Assembly: GCA_963792965.1 (NCBI GenBank)
Contig: CAWBYW010000036.1
Location: 1 to 22,967, forward strand
Length of the DNA stretch: 22,967 nt
Reading direction: 5' to 3'
From: an uncultured delta proteobacterium
GTDB taxonomy: Bacteria > Desulfobacterota > Zymogenia > Zymogenales > Zymogenaceae
Shown in pieces: positions 1-8,280 of this stretch. Both the position numbers and the translations under genes were made by a program. Below the pieces are notes generated by a model, which saw only the letters and a program-made list of their open reading frames with translations, was not told the origin of the DNA and ran no database searches. Position 1 is the first letter of the stretch. The number at the start of each line of letters is the position of its first letter.

Positions 1-235
1 ACGCACGGGTTGCCGCCAGACACGGAGGCGATCGGCTCCGCACTTGTCGGCGAACCGCCGGCACCAAGGGCGCCAGAGTTGCCGCACTCACCGAACGATG
101 CAGGAATCCGCGTGATTTCGGCAGAAAGCCCTTGCGTCCGGGCGATCGTGAGGGCTATATGCCGGGGACTGCGTCCGATGCGCGGTTCACGGGGAGCGTC
201 GGGCGGTTCGCGAAACGGAGCAACGGGAGGTCTGC

Positions 236-513
236 ATGCCTGAAGTCGAACTCAAGCACGAAAGAGCCAAACTCCAGCGGGTGCTGCGGCGCTGGGATCT
301 CGTATTCTTCAGCGTCTGCGCGCTCATCGGCCTCGACGCCATCGCAGGGCTGGCGAAGTTCGGCCTCTGGCAGGGCGTCACGTGGCTGGTCATCTTCGTC
401 TTCATCTTCCTGCTGCCCTACGGATTGATCAGCGCAGAGCTGGCCTCGACCTTCCCGGCCGAAGGCGGCATCTACACCTGGGTGCGCATGGCCTACGGCA
501 AGCTCCCGGCGGG
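236..513 (+). pseudogene. APC-family amino acid permease, N-terminal fragment (truncated at junction with kamE)
   Basis: GGGAGG RBS before ATG 236. LQRVLRRWDLVFF...AELASTFPAEGGIYTWVRMAYG is the typical APC TM1-TM3 signature. After ~513 the frame only reads the antisense of kamE. Confidence 0.8.
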
Positions 514-1059
514 TTTCTGGGTCACCACCTGGGAGACAAGGATCACGTCCGCTTTCTCGCGGATCGCCTCGCGGACCACCTCTTCCGAGCTCACCTGGGC
601 CCCCATGTTGATCGCCCGGAAACTCTTGTAGCGCTCAAGGCCGTAGTCCCCCGCGTACCCCTTCATGTTCATGATGGCGTCGATCCCGACGGTATGGGCG
701 TCGCTCTCGATACAGGCCCCAACGGTCGTGATGACCCGACCGAGCTTTTCCTCGATCATATGATCGATGACCTTCATGTTCGGGACCTTCGCCTCCTTCT
801 CCTGGAACCCCTCGATCTCGCTTATGTCCACCTGGTGGCGGACCCGTCCGTAGAGGACGACAAAGGTCATGTGCGAGCCGATGTCCGCGCTGTAGCTGAC
901 GTACGGGGTGTCGATCCCCATCTTGACGGCCAACCTCCGCGCGACCTCGTCGGCAAGCGGCCCCGACACATCGGGCAGGGTAAACGAGAGCTGAACGGCC
1001 CCGTCCCCCATCGAGTCGCCGTACGGCTTGACAAGCTTGCGAACTGTCTCTTGCTTCAT
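493..1059 (-). CDS. kamE: D-lysine 5,6-aminomutase beta subunit (B12-binding), C-terminally truncated
   Basis: VKPYGDSMGDGAVQLSFTLP dimerisation domain; cobalamin motif DAHTVG; IDAIMNMKGYAGDYGLERY; ADVILVSQVVTQK, after which similarity stops abruptly at ~514. Confidence 0.9.
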   Translation of the reverse strand: MKQETVRKLVKPYGDSMGDGAVQLSFTLPDVSGPLADEVARRLAVKMGIDTPYVSYSADIGSHMTFVVLYGRVRHQVDISEIEGFQEKEAKVPNMKVIDHMIEEKLGRVITTVGACIESDAHTVGIDAIMNMKGYAGDYGLERYKSFRAINMGAQVSSEEVVREAIREKADVILVSQVVTQKPAGSLP

Positions 1060-2598
1060 GGTCGTGCCTCAAGAAACGGATTGTAATAGTCCTCGGCCTT
1101 CTCGAGGACTCCCTCGGCCCCCTTGCCTCCCTTCGGGTCACGGTGGATGTCGGCAAACATCCCCCGCGAGAGCGCCTCAATGAGCGAGATATCGGCGATC
1201 TCGCCGAGCATCTCGTGCGCCTTCGAGAGGACCTCCGCGGCCCGCCGCTGGATGGTCCCCCCTGAGCGAAAGAGATCTCGTCGACGATCCCCTTCATGTT
1301 GTTCTTGGCGTACCGCGCCCCGGAAAGAGCCAGGTAGCGATCCCCCACAAAGGGCGTGTGGATCGCCTCGGTGAGGATCCCCAAGAGATGTATTGACTGG
1401 CCGGTCATGACCGAGCAAACGTTGAACATCATATCGGTCAGGTGCGTCTGGAACACGTTTCCCGTCACGTGTTTGGTCGGCGGCATGTACTTGATCGGCG
1501 CGTCGGGGAAGATCTCCCGGATCATCTGCGCCTGGGCAAGCTCCATGAGGAATCCTCCCTCGACGGTCGGATCGATCTCGAAGGCGTGGCCCAGCCCCAT
1601 GAGCTGGGCGGGGAGCCCCGACTTGTATGCGAACTCCTCGTTGATGAAATCGCTGGCCAACACGGTGTGCGCCTTTTCAACCGCGTCGGCGGTGGTCAGG
1701 TAGTTGTCCTCGCCGGTGTTGATGATAATCCCGGCCTTGGCGTTGATCATCCGGGAGAAATGCTGATCGACGAAGGTGCGGTAGGTATTGATGTTGCGGA
1801 AGATGATCCCGTACATCGAGTCGTTGAGCAGCATGTCCAGCCGTTCGAAGGCCGCCGCCACCGCGATCTCGGGCATGCAGAGGCCCGAGGCGTAGTTGAC
1901 CAGATTGATGTAGCGTCCCTGCTCGGCCAGCACTCGTCCAGCGCCGCGCGCATGATCCTGAAGTTTTCCTGGGTGGCGTAGGTGCCGCCGAAGCCCTCGG
2001 TGGTGGCCCCGAAGGGGACGTAGTCGAGCAGGCTCTGGGCGGTTGAGCGGATGACGGCGATGCAGTCGGCGCCGTTGCTCACCGCGCTTCTGGCCTGGGT
2101 CACGTCCTCGTAGATGTTGCCGGTGGCGACGATCACGTAGAGGAGCGGGGGCGCGCTCATCGGATATCTCATTCTGAGATCATCTCTTTCCTCCGCGCGT
2201 TTTGCGATCCTGGCAAGCCCCGCCTCGGCAAGGGGCCCGATGATCGCCCGGCGCCTTTCGCCCGACAGCTCCGGGACGTCCTTTACCCTGACCTTTCTTT
2301 CGGAGATAGCCCGGGCGGCCTCCGTCAGGGTGCCGCCCGTGTGCGCGATGAGATCGGCGCACGAAAGCGCTACCCCCGAGCGTAAGCCCCGCGCCTGCTT
2401 TATCGCGTCCACGAGGACGTTCGGGTAGGGGGTCCCGATTCTGTCCTTCCCGTCCAGGCCCAAAAGCCGTGTCACCGCCCGTTCAACGCTGTCCGTCGTA
2501 TGGGAGCGAATAAACCCCATGAGGTCTTCGGTGATCCTGTCGGCAAGGGTGCGGCACTCGTCGATCACTTTCCCGTCCAGGCCGAGTTTGCTTTCCAC
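1056..2598 (-). CDS. kamD: D-lysine 5,6-aminomutase alpha subunit, split by two single-base frameshifts (probable sequencing errors)
   Basis: Three consecutive frames give MESKLGLD...YVIVATGNIYEDVTQA...YVPFGATTEGFGGTYATQENFR / NYASGLCMPEIA...PIKYMPPTK...EAIHTP / GMFADIHRDPKGGKGAEGV...YYNPF. Shifts are at ~1933 and in the C-run 1257-1262. Confidence 0.9.
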
Positions 2599-2599
2599 G

Positions 2600-3616
2600 C
2601 TATCCCTCCCGCATGATATCGAAAGTCGGAATATTCGGTATTCCCGCCCTCATCCCGTCCAGGAAGGGGAGCGGGCTAAAATCCACCCCCTCGGGGTTAT
2701 GGGGGTTTATCGTCAACGCAATAACCTTGATTTCCCGCTCCACCTCGATTCTCCCGCCGCCCGCCTCGAACATCGCCTTTGATCTCTCGGAGATGAACAG
2801 GCGCGTGGGATCCCGGACGACGACGACCGGGAAAAGACGCTCGGCCATAAGCGATTCGATAACGCCGTCGGACAGGGCCCCCGATATGAAGAGGAAGTCC
2901 TTCCCCCGCTTTAACGAATCGACCAGCGTCCTCAGGTCGGTGATCGCCGAGCCTTCCGTCACCTCCCACTCACTCCCGTCGGCGCTCGTGGCAAAGTAGC
3001 GGGCGATCCCGCGGGCGTTCGGCGACACACATTGTGTCCGCCTCGTCATGAACAGACCCGCCACATGGCGGGTTTTTGTCACCACCGAGTCTATGTCGGG
3101 CCCGAGGATTGCCCCGGTCGCCAGCACGATCCCTTCTGAAACGTCGGGCGTCGCCACGGCCACGCGGTCAAGGGACCCGTCAATAATGACCCGGCGGACC
3201 CTATCTTCCTTGATCAGCGTGGACGCAAGCTCTCCCGTCTCGGCCGCCGTGGCGGGCCCCTCGAGGATCACCAGGGTTCGCCGCCGCGCTCCCACAACCA
3301 CGATCCTTCCGAGGGCCGTGATAAAGCGGGTATCCCTGACCCGGAAGAGCCCCTCGCTATCTGCAAACGATCGCTCGCTCGTAGTGGCCACGATACCCGG
3401 AACGATAGTGACACGCGGCTTTTCCCTCCGGGTTATTTCGTCGATCGCCTCGCCGTCTCTCCCCGTGGAGGTAAGGGCAAGCGCCTCGGGTCTTTGTTCG
3501 AGGTGTTTCACGAGATAGAGCAGGGTCGTCGTCTTCCCGGTGTTCTTTGCCAGGCCCACTACCGCAATTACCCGGGAGTCCTCTCCCAGGACGAGGTCGA
3601 TGAGGGTCTCACGCAT
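2600..3616 (-). CDS. kamB: Lysine 5,6-aminomutase accessory/reactivase subunit KamB-like P-loop protein
   Basis: VVGLAKNTGKTT P-loop, TSTGRDGE...D.ITRREKP, IIDGSLDR, LATGA; sits between kdd and kamD as in kam clusters. Confidence 0.7.
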   Translation of the reverse strand: MRETLIDLVLGEDSRVIAVVGLAKNTGKTTTLLYLVKHLEQRPEALALTSTGRDGEAIDEITRREKPRVTIVPGIVATTSERSFADSEGLFRVRDTRFITALGRIVVVGARRRTLVILEGPATAAETGELASTLIKEDRVRRVIIDGSLDRVAVATPDVSEGIVLATGAILGPDIDSVVTKTRHVAGLFMTRRTQCVSPNARGIARYFATSADGSEWEVTEGSAITDLRTLVDSLKRGKDFLFISGALSDGVIESLMAERLFPVVVVRDPTRLFISERSKAMFEAGGGRIEVEREIKVIALTINPHNPEGVDFSPLPFLDGMRAGIPNIPTFDIMREG

Positions 3617-4646
3617 AGAGCTTCATGAAGATCTCCCTCAACGCCGGGCTTTCCCGGAGGATGTTGAGAGAGATCTCGGCATGACCCTTGGTATACCCGT
3701 TCCCGATGATCATCGTCGCGTCCGAGGCGATCCCCTCGGCGCCGAGGGCCGCCTTGGTGAAGCTGGTCGCCATCGAGAAGAAGTAGATGAGCCCGTCGTT
3801 CTTTGTGGCGAGTATCGAGCCCATCTCGGTGTTCGGGATGTTGACGCAGTTGATGGTGATGTCGGCCATGCGGCCGCCGGTGAGCTTTGAGACCGCCTTT
3901 TCCACCTCGATGGGATTGGTGGCGTTCACCTGGACGACGTGGTCGCAAAAGCCGAGCTCCTTGATCCTTTTGGTGCTCTCCGGGCTGTGACCGGTGCCGA
4001 TGACCGTCCCGGTGACGCCGGCGCGTCGCCTGGCCTCGTACGCGCACAGCATCCCCGACTTTCCGCCGGCGCCGATGACGAAAACACAGTCGCCGGGTTT
4101 GACAAGCTTGGCCGTCTGGGCGGCCGCCCCGGCTACATCGAGGATCGCCAGCGCCACCGACTGGGGCATGTCTTCGGGGAGCTTGACGTAGATCCCGCTT
4201 TCAAACAGGATCGCCTTGCCGATGATGTCCACCTGATCACGGTCCGGCCGGATCTCGACGATCTTATCGATGGCAAGGGGGGTCGTCGAGAGGGAGACGA
4301 GTGAGGCGATGAAATCCCCCGGCCGTATCTTGACCGTGTCTTTGAGGGCCGGGCCGACCTCGGCGATCGTCCCCATGAACATCCCGCCGGATCCGGTGAC
4401 GGGGTTATGCTGTTTCCCCCGGTTCTTGACGGTGTCCATGATGATCCGGCCGATCTTTTCCGTGTCATGGCCCGCCTCTTCCTCGATCTGGGTGAAGGAG
4501 GCCGAGTCAACGTTGAGGGTTTTCACGTTTACGAGGATCTCGTTATCGTAGATCTCCATGGTATTGTCGATCTTATCCGCCGCCTGGGGGAGCACACCTT
4601 TAGGCGCGATGACCCGGTGTGCCCCGTATTTATCCCCTTTCTTCAT
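3609..4646 (-). CDS. kdd: L-erythro-3,5-diaminohexanoate dehydrogenase
   Basis: MKKGDKYGAHRVIAPKGVLPQAA...NVDSASF...RGKQHNPVTGSGGM...LDVAGAAAQ...FFSMATSFTKAALGAEG. ATG at 4646 with AGGAG 6 nt upstream. Confidence 0.93.
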   Translation of the reverse strand: MKKGDKYGAHRVIAPKGVLPQAADKIDNTMEIYDNEILVNVKTLNVDSASFTQIEEEAGHDTEKIGRIIMDTVKNRGKQHNPVTGSGGMFMGTIAEVGPALKDTVKIRPGDFIASLVSLSTTPLAIDKIVEIRPDRDQVDIIGKAILFESGIYVKLPEDMPQSVALAILDVAGAAAQTAKLVKPGDCVFVIGAGGKSGMLCAYEARRRAGVTGTVIGTGHSPESTKRIKELGFCDHVVQVNATNPIEVEKAVSKLTGGRMADITINCVNIPNTEMGSILATKNDGLIYFFSMATSFTKAALGAEGIASDATMIIGNGYTKGHAEISLNILRESPALREIFMKLYA

Positions 4647-4757
4647 CACACGCTCCTTTATAATCACCCTGTCGCATTACGACGTCACACGGGGCCGAGA
4701 GCACCGCGCGCCGTTGATGGTCGGACATAACTATCTCATATCACACTAAAAATTACT

Positions 4758-4787
4758 ATTAAACAACAAACCGCGGCCTTCTGTCAA
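4758..4787 (-). promoter_or_regulatory. Candidate sigma70 promoter for the kdd-kam operon
   Basis: Minus strand TTGACA (4787-4782), 18 nt spacer, TTTAAT (4763-4758), in AT-rich intergenic DNA. Confidence 0.5.
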
Positions 4788-4933
4788 CCAAATTCATCAA
4801 CGATGCCCGCTCAAGCCGTTTCCTCCTCGTTCCCCGGATGGATACGCCCATCGAGGCCGTCGGACCTATCATATGCGCGCCCGGATATCGTGCGTCACGC
4901 TCAAAAACATGATGATTTTACCTCACTATATCC

Positions 4934-4962
4934 TTGACAAACCTCAACGTAATGAGTAAATA
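4934..4962 (+). promoter_or_regulatory. Candidate sigma70 promoter for precursor 1
   Basis: TTGACA 4934-4939, 17 nt spacer, weak -10 TAAATA 4957-4962. Confidence 0.4.
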
Positions 4963-5085
4963 GGTAAGAATAGAGCGATGGGCCAGCATATCTCCCCTTC
5001 ACGAGAGAGAAGGATATGCGTGCTATCTGTTATCGCATTGCCGTCTCTGAGATGGACAGGACCATAATAAACGTAGGAGAAGACA

Positions 5086-5412
5086 ATGGAAGACAAGAGT
5101 AAAAGGGAAACGACGCAGAGCCAAAAAGACAACGCGCAGGGCCCCGAGAAGGTGGGACGACGCGAAGCCCTGAAGCGCATGGCCAAGGGACTCGCGCTGG
5201 TCGGGACGTTGGGCATCACCGCCGTTGTCACTCAGGGTCAGGATCAGTGTACTCCTCCCGTTCCCCCCGGTCTCTACTCAAACAGTTACTATAACTATTC
5301 AAACGCCTACTATAACTACTCCAACACATATTATAACTATTCTAACACCTACTACAACTACTCGAACGCATACTATAACTACTACAACAGCGGCGGCTAC
5401 TACAACTGGTAG
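5086..5412 (+). CDS. Putative RiPP-like/lipoprotein precursor 1 (RR leader, Cys55, YSNxYYN heptad core)
   Basis: AGGAGAAGACA-ATG; leader VGRREALKRMAKGLALVGTLGITAVVTQGQDQC; core of five YSN(S/A/T)YYN repeats; four paralogs adjacent. Confidence 0.88.
   Translation: MEDKSKRETTQSQKDNAQGPEKVGRREALKRMAKGLALVGTLGITAVVTQGQDQCTPPVPPGLYSNSYYNYSNAYYNYSNTYYNYSNTYYNYSNAYYNYYNSGGYYNW
5275..5379 (+). repeat. Five 21-nt coding tandem repeats (YSNxYYN)
   Basis: tactcaaacagttactataac / tattcaaacgcctactataac / tactccaacacatattataac / tattctaacacctactacaac / tactcgaacgcatactataac. Confidence 0.9.
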
Positions 5413-5596
5413 TCACAGACAGCACCGGCTCGCGTTGATTGGGGAGGCGATAACTTTGTTCATCGTCTCCCTTCTTGCCTTCCGCACGTTTTGCGTCTCC
5501 AGGAAAAGCGGACATCGTCTTCTCCTTTCCGCCCGCATTGGGTACCCGCCTCGAATTGGAGGCAATGTCTATTTTTAGCTGTCTATTGAAAAGCGC

Positions 5597-5625
5597 TTGA
5601 ATTATCCCTCCGGCTGTACTATACT
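5597..5625 (+). promoter_or_regulatory. Candidate sigma70 promoter for precursors 2-3
   Basis: TTGAAT 5597-5602, 17 nt spacer, TATACT 5620-5625; near-identical to 6868-6896. Confidence 0.6.
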
Positions 5626-5733
5626 TTTAAAAGGAAAATCTCACGATTTGACGGGCTGAGAACTCGTCATCGATACATCTAAAATTGTCTTGCCTGCTTT
5701 ATTTCGAGAACGCAATAAAACAAGGAGAAGACA

Positions 5734-6189
5734 ATGAAAGATAGACGGGGCACGGAGATACCGAAAGACAAAACCCCGTACGCCGACGAGCAGAAAAGAA
5801 TCGGCCGGCGCGAGGCGATGAAGCGAATGGCCAAGGGGATTGTATTGATCGGCACCCTCGGCATGGCGAGTATCGTCACCCGGACCGAGGGTGAATGCGC
5901 CTATTTTGACCATCACTCCAACACATACGATAATTACTACAATTACTACAACGCAAATCTGTTTTACTACAACGCATATTTCTACTACAACTATTACGAC
6001 TACTACGATTACCACAACTACTATAACGCATATTCCAATTACGTAAATTATTATGTCAACATATACGAATTCAATCCAGGATTCTACTATTTTGATTATT
6101 ACCGTGAGCGTGACCGCGACAGTGACCATGACCGAGATCGCGACCGTGATCGAGACCACGACCGCGACAGATACCGCCGCAACAGATGA
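5734..6189 (+). CDS. Putative precursor 2 (RR leader, Cys55, Y/N/D-rich core, Arg-Asp repeat tail)
   Basis: AGGAGAAGACA-ATG; IGRREAMKRMAKGIVLIGTLGMASIVTRTEGEC; YDNYYNYYN...YYDYYDYHNYYN; RERDRDSDHDRDRDRDRDHDRDR tail. Confidence 0.85.
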   Translation: MKDRRGTEIPKDKTPYADEQKRIGRREAMKRMAKGIVLIGTLGMASIVTRTEGECAYFDHHSNTYDNYYNYYNANLFYYNAYFYYNYYDYYDYHNYYNAYSNYVNYYVNIYEFNPGFYYFDYYRERDRDSDHDRDRDRDRDHDRDRYRRNR

Positions 6190-6365
6190 GCGCGCGGGTC
6201 GACGCGGCCACCCCCAGACAAGAATATGCCGGAGCAGACCGCGGGTTATACGCGAGGACACGGGACCTGTGGTTCCATGCCAAAGGTAATCGGCATCCCC
6301 CCAGGCTTGACCGGCGATCGTCTTTTCGCCTCACAGCTATAACGTGAAGAGCCGAGGAACGGGTA

Positions 6366-6686
6366 ATGGATGATAGAGAAAAGCGAGGAGCGCCCGCAAA
6401 CGAAATCCGGGGAGTCGGAAAAGAGGAGAAGATCGGCCGGCGCGAGGCGATGAAGCGCATCGCCAAAGGGATCGCGTTGGTCGGCTCCCTCGGGCTCACC
6501 GCCGCCGCGCTCCAGGGCCAGGGCGAGTGCGGATATGTAAACTACTACGTCAACTCATACTATAATTACTCCAACGCATATTATAACTATTACGATTACA
6601 GCAACTACTACAACTATTATAACTATTACAACTATAGCAATTCGTATTTCAACCACTTCCACCACTACCGCGACCATCACCATTAA
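6366..6686 (+). CDS. Putative precursor 3 (RR leader, Cys55, YxN core, His-rich tail)
   Basis: GAGGA RBS; IGRREAMKRIAKGIALVGSLGLTAAALQGQGEC; YVNYYVNSYYNYSNAYYNYYDYSNYYNYYNYYNYSN; HFHHYRDHHH. Confidence 0.87.
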   Translation: MDDREKRGAPANEIRGVGKEEKIGRREAMKRIAKGIALVGSLGLTAAALQGQGECGYVNYYVNSYYNYSNAYYNYYDYSNYYNYYNYYNYSNSYFNHFHHYRDHHH

Positions 6687-6867
6687 CGGGCCCGTGGGCC
6701 GAAACGTGACCCCCACAAAAGATCACGTCGGATAACCTCATCAACTTTTCGGTAAGGCAACAACCTGCCGGCGCGTACACCTGTTGCCGACCGCGCGGAT
6801 CATCGATCGCAAGAACTGCCATGCGGGAGATATCCGATAAAAAAGTCGACCATCAACTAACGTTCGT

Positions 6868-6896
6868 TTGACATATCCCTCCTTCTGTACTATACT
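6868..6896 (+). promoter_or_regulatory. Sigma70 promoter candidate for precursor 4
   Basis: TTGACA 6868-6873, 17 nt spacer, TATACT 6891-6896. Confidence 0.65.
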
Positions 6897-7062
6897 TTTA
6901 TAAAGATTATCCAAGGAATAACAGCACAAGCGAGGGAAAAGGAGAATAGGAATAGGCGGAACCGAAGACTACACCAGGACAGATCAAGAGCATCGGCACC
7001 GTTGAGTATAGAATTGTCTTACCTGCTTTATCGTGGAAACACAATGGAATAAGGAGGGGGCA

Positions 7063-7392
7063 ATGGAAAAAGGAAAAAGGAAGGGGACGCCGATTGAGGA
7101 GGGCGCGCAATCCCGTGAGACGGAAGGAATTTCACGGCGTGAGGCGATGAAACGTATGGCCAAGGGTGTGGCGCTGGTCGGGACCCTCGGTCTCACGAGT
7201 GCTGTCGTCGGGGGTCAGGGTGAGTGTGGATATGTAAACTACTACGTTAACGTGTATTATAACTATTTTGACTCGTATTCCAATTGGGGCTTCTTTTATT
7301 ACAACTTCCACGAAGGGTTTGAAGAGCGCGGGGAACACGAAGAGCATGAGGAGCACGAGGGCGGTGAGCGTCGCGGGGGGGGACGGCGTTAG
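7063..7392 (+). CDS. Putative precursor 4 (RR leader, Cys55, short YxN core, HEE-repeat tail)
   Basis: AAGGAGG at 7051-7057 before ATG 7063; this start puts the Cys at residue 55 as in paralogs 1-3. ISRREAMKRMAKGVALVGTLGLTSAVVGGQGEC; EHEEHEEHE tail. Confidence 0.85.
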   Translation: MEKGKRKGTPIEEGAQSRETEGISRREAMKRMAKGVALVGTLGLTSAVVGGQGECGYVNYYVNVYYNYFDSYSNWGFFYYNFHEGFEERGEHEEHEEHEGGERRGGGRR

Positions 7393-7601
7393 GACAGAGT
7401 GACCTGCCCGTGTGCGGTGCTTCACGAAGTTTTCCTTCATGTCGCCCTTCCTGCCCACTCCGCCACAATGTTGGCGGCATGGGGAGGCGCGAGACGGGCG
7501 GCTATCCCTTGGCTGGAGTCGTTTCCCGGGGGAGCCTGATATGCCATACCGATTTCGGGGCCGGATTCAATCCGCTCATATTTGACTGGGCGATTATGTA
7601 C

Positions 7602-7630
7602 TTGACGGAAGTCAGAGTATGCAGTATATT
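7602..7630 (+). promoter_or_regulatory. Candidate sigma70 promoter for precursor 5 and the maturase operon
   Basis: TTGACG 7602-7607, 17 nt spacer, TATATT 7625-7630. Confidence 0.55.
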
Positions 7631-7788
7631 TTTTAGACTACACGGCTCGTGAAATAGAAAAGAAACGCCGTTCAGGGGTCTAGTATATACGAAGGAATCG
7701 AGAAGTTCGAAACATCGCACAGTCTGGTAAGATCGTACTACCTTACTATCGAGTTTGCCCCTCTATGGAATTGAGCAGAGAATAGACA

Positions 7789-8142
7789 ATGAACGACAAA
7801 AAGAAGAGCGAAAAGCCGGCCGTCGAGAAGGGAGCTGAGAGCAACGAGAAGCTAAGCCGTCGCGAGGCCATGAAACGAATGGCAAAAGGCATCGCACTGG
7901 TCGGGACACTGGGCGTCACGGCCCTTGTAACGCAGGGTCAGGACGAGTGCACCGGCGGTTATAGCAACCTCTATTATAACTATTCGAACGCATACTACAA
8001 CTACTCCAACTCCTACTCTAACTATTCAAACTCCTATACCAACTATACAGAATTGTACTATAACTATTATAACTACAACAATTATTCCGATTACCAAAAT
8101 TATTCTGATTACCAGAATTATTACGATTACTACAACAATTAG
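7789..8142 (+). CDS. Putative precursor 5 (RR leader, Cys54, long YxN/YxD core)
   Basis: LSRREAMKRMAKGIALVGTLGVTALVTQGQDEC; YSNLYYNYSNAYYNYSNSYSNYSNSYTN...YSDYQNYSDYQNYYDYYNN. Confidence 0.88.
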   Translation: MNDKKKSEKPAVEKGAESNEKLSRREAMKRMAKGIALVGTLGVTALVTQGQDECTGGYSNLYYNYSNAYYNYSNSYSNYSNSYTNYTELYYNYYNYNNYSDYQNYSDYQNYYDYYNN

Positions 8143-8280
8143 ACTGGTGGATGAAAAGACTCGCTGTTTGTATACCACCGTTCCGTTCCGTTGGGGCGGT
8201 TTGGCCGTTTGGTTCGGGCTCATACTCGCCGTAGAACGCGATAATCGCCCGTCCTCATTTTTACCATTCGGGGAGCAACT

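Noticed and set aside
68-82. Sigma54-like GG-N10-GC (GGGCGCCAGAGTTGC) upstream of the permease
   Set aside because: Two mismatches to TGGCAC in very GC-rich DNA; too weak to call.
1056-2598. Programmed frameshifting or true pseudogenisation of kamD
   Set aside because: Both breaks are repaired by adding one base to a G-run, and the same error pattern recurs at the other end of the window.
4986-5019. Hairpin GCATATC...GATATGC in the precursor-1 leader as a riboswitch
   Set aside because: A simple bulged stem with no recognisable aptamer motif, not repeated before the other precursors.
5641-6261. 206-aa Val/Ile-rich minus-strand ORF, and similar ORFs 4944..5231, 6071..6499, 7132..7458 and 5225..5578
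   Set aside because: Antisense or off-frame shadows of the Tyr/Asn codon repeats of the precursors.
5275-8139. TAC/TAT/AAC-rich tandem repeats as a CRISPR array or non-coding satellite
   Set aside because: No constant repeat with unique spacers. Variation is mostly synonymous and the repeats are in frame within RBS-led ORFs.
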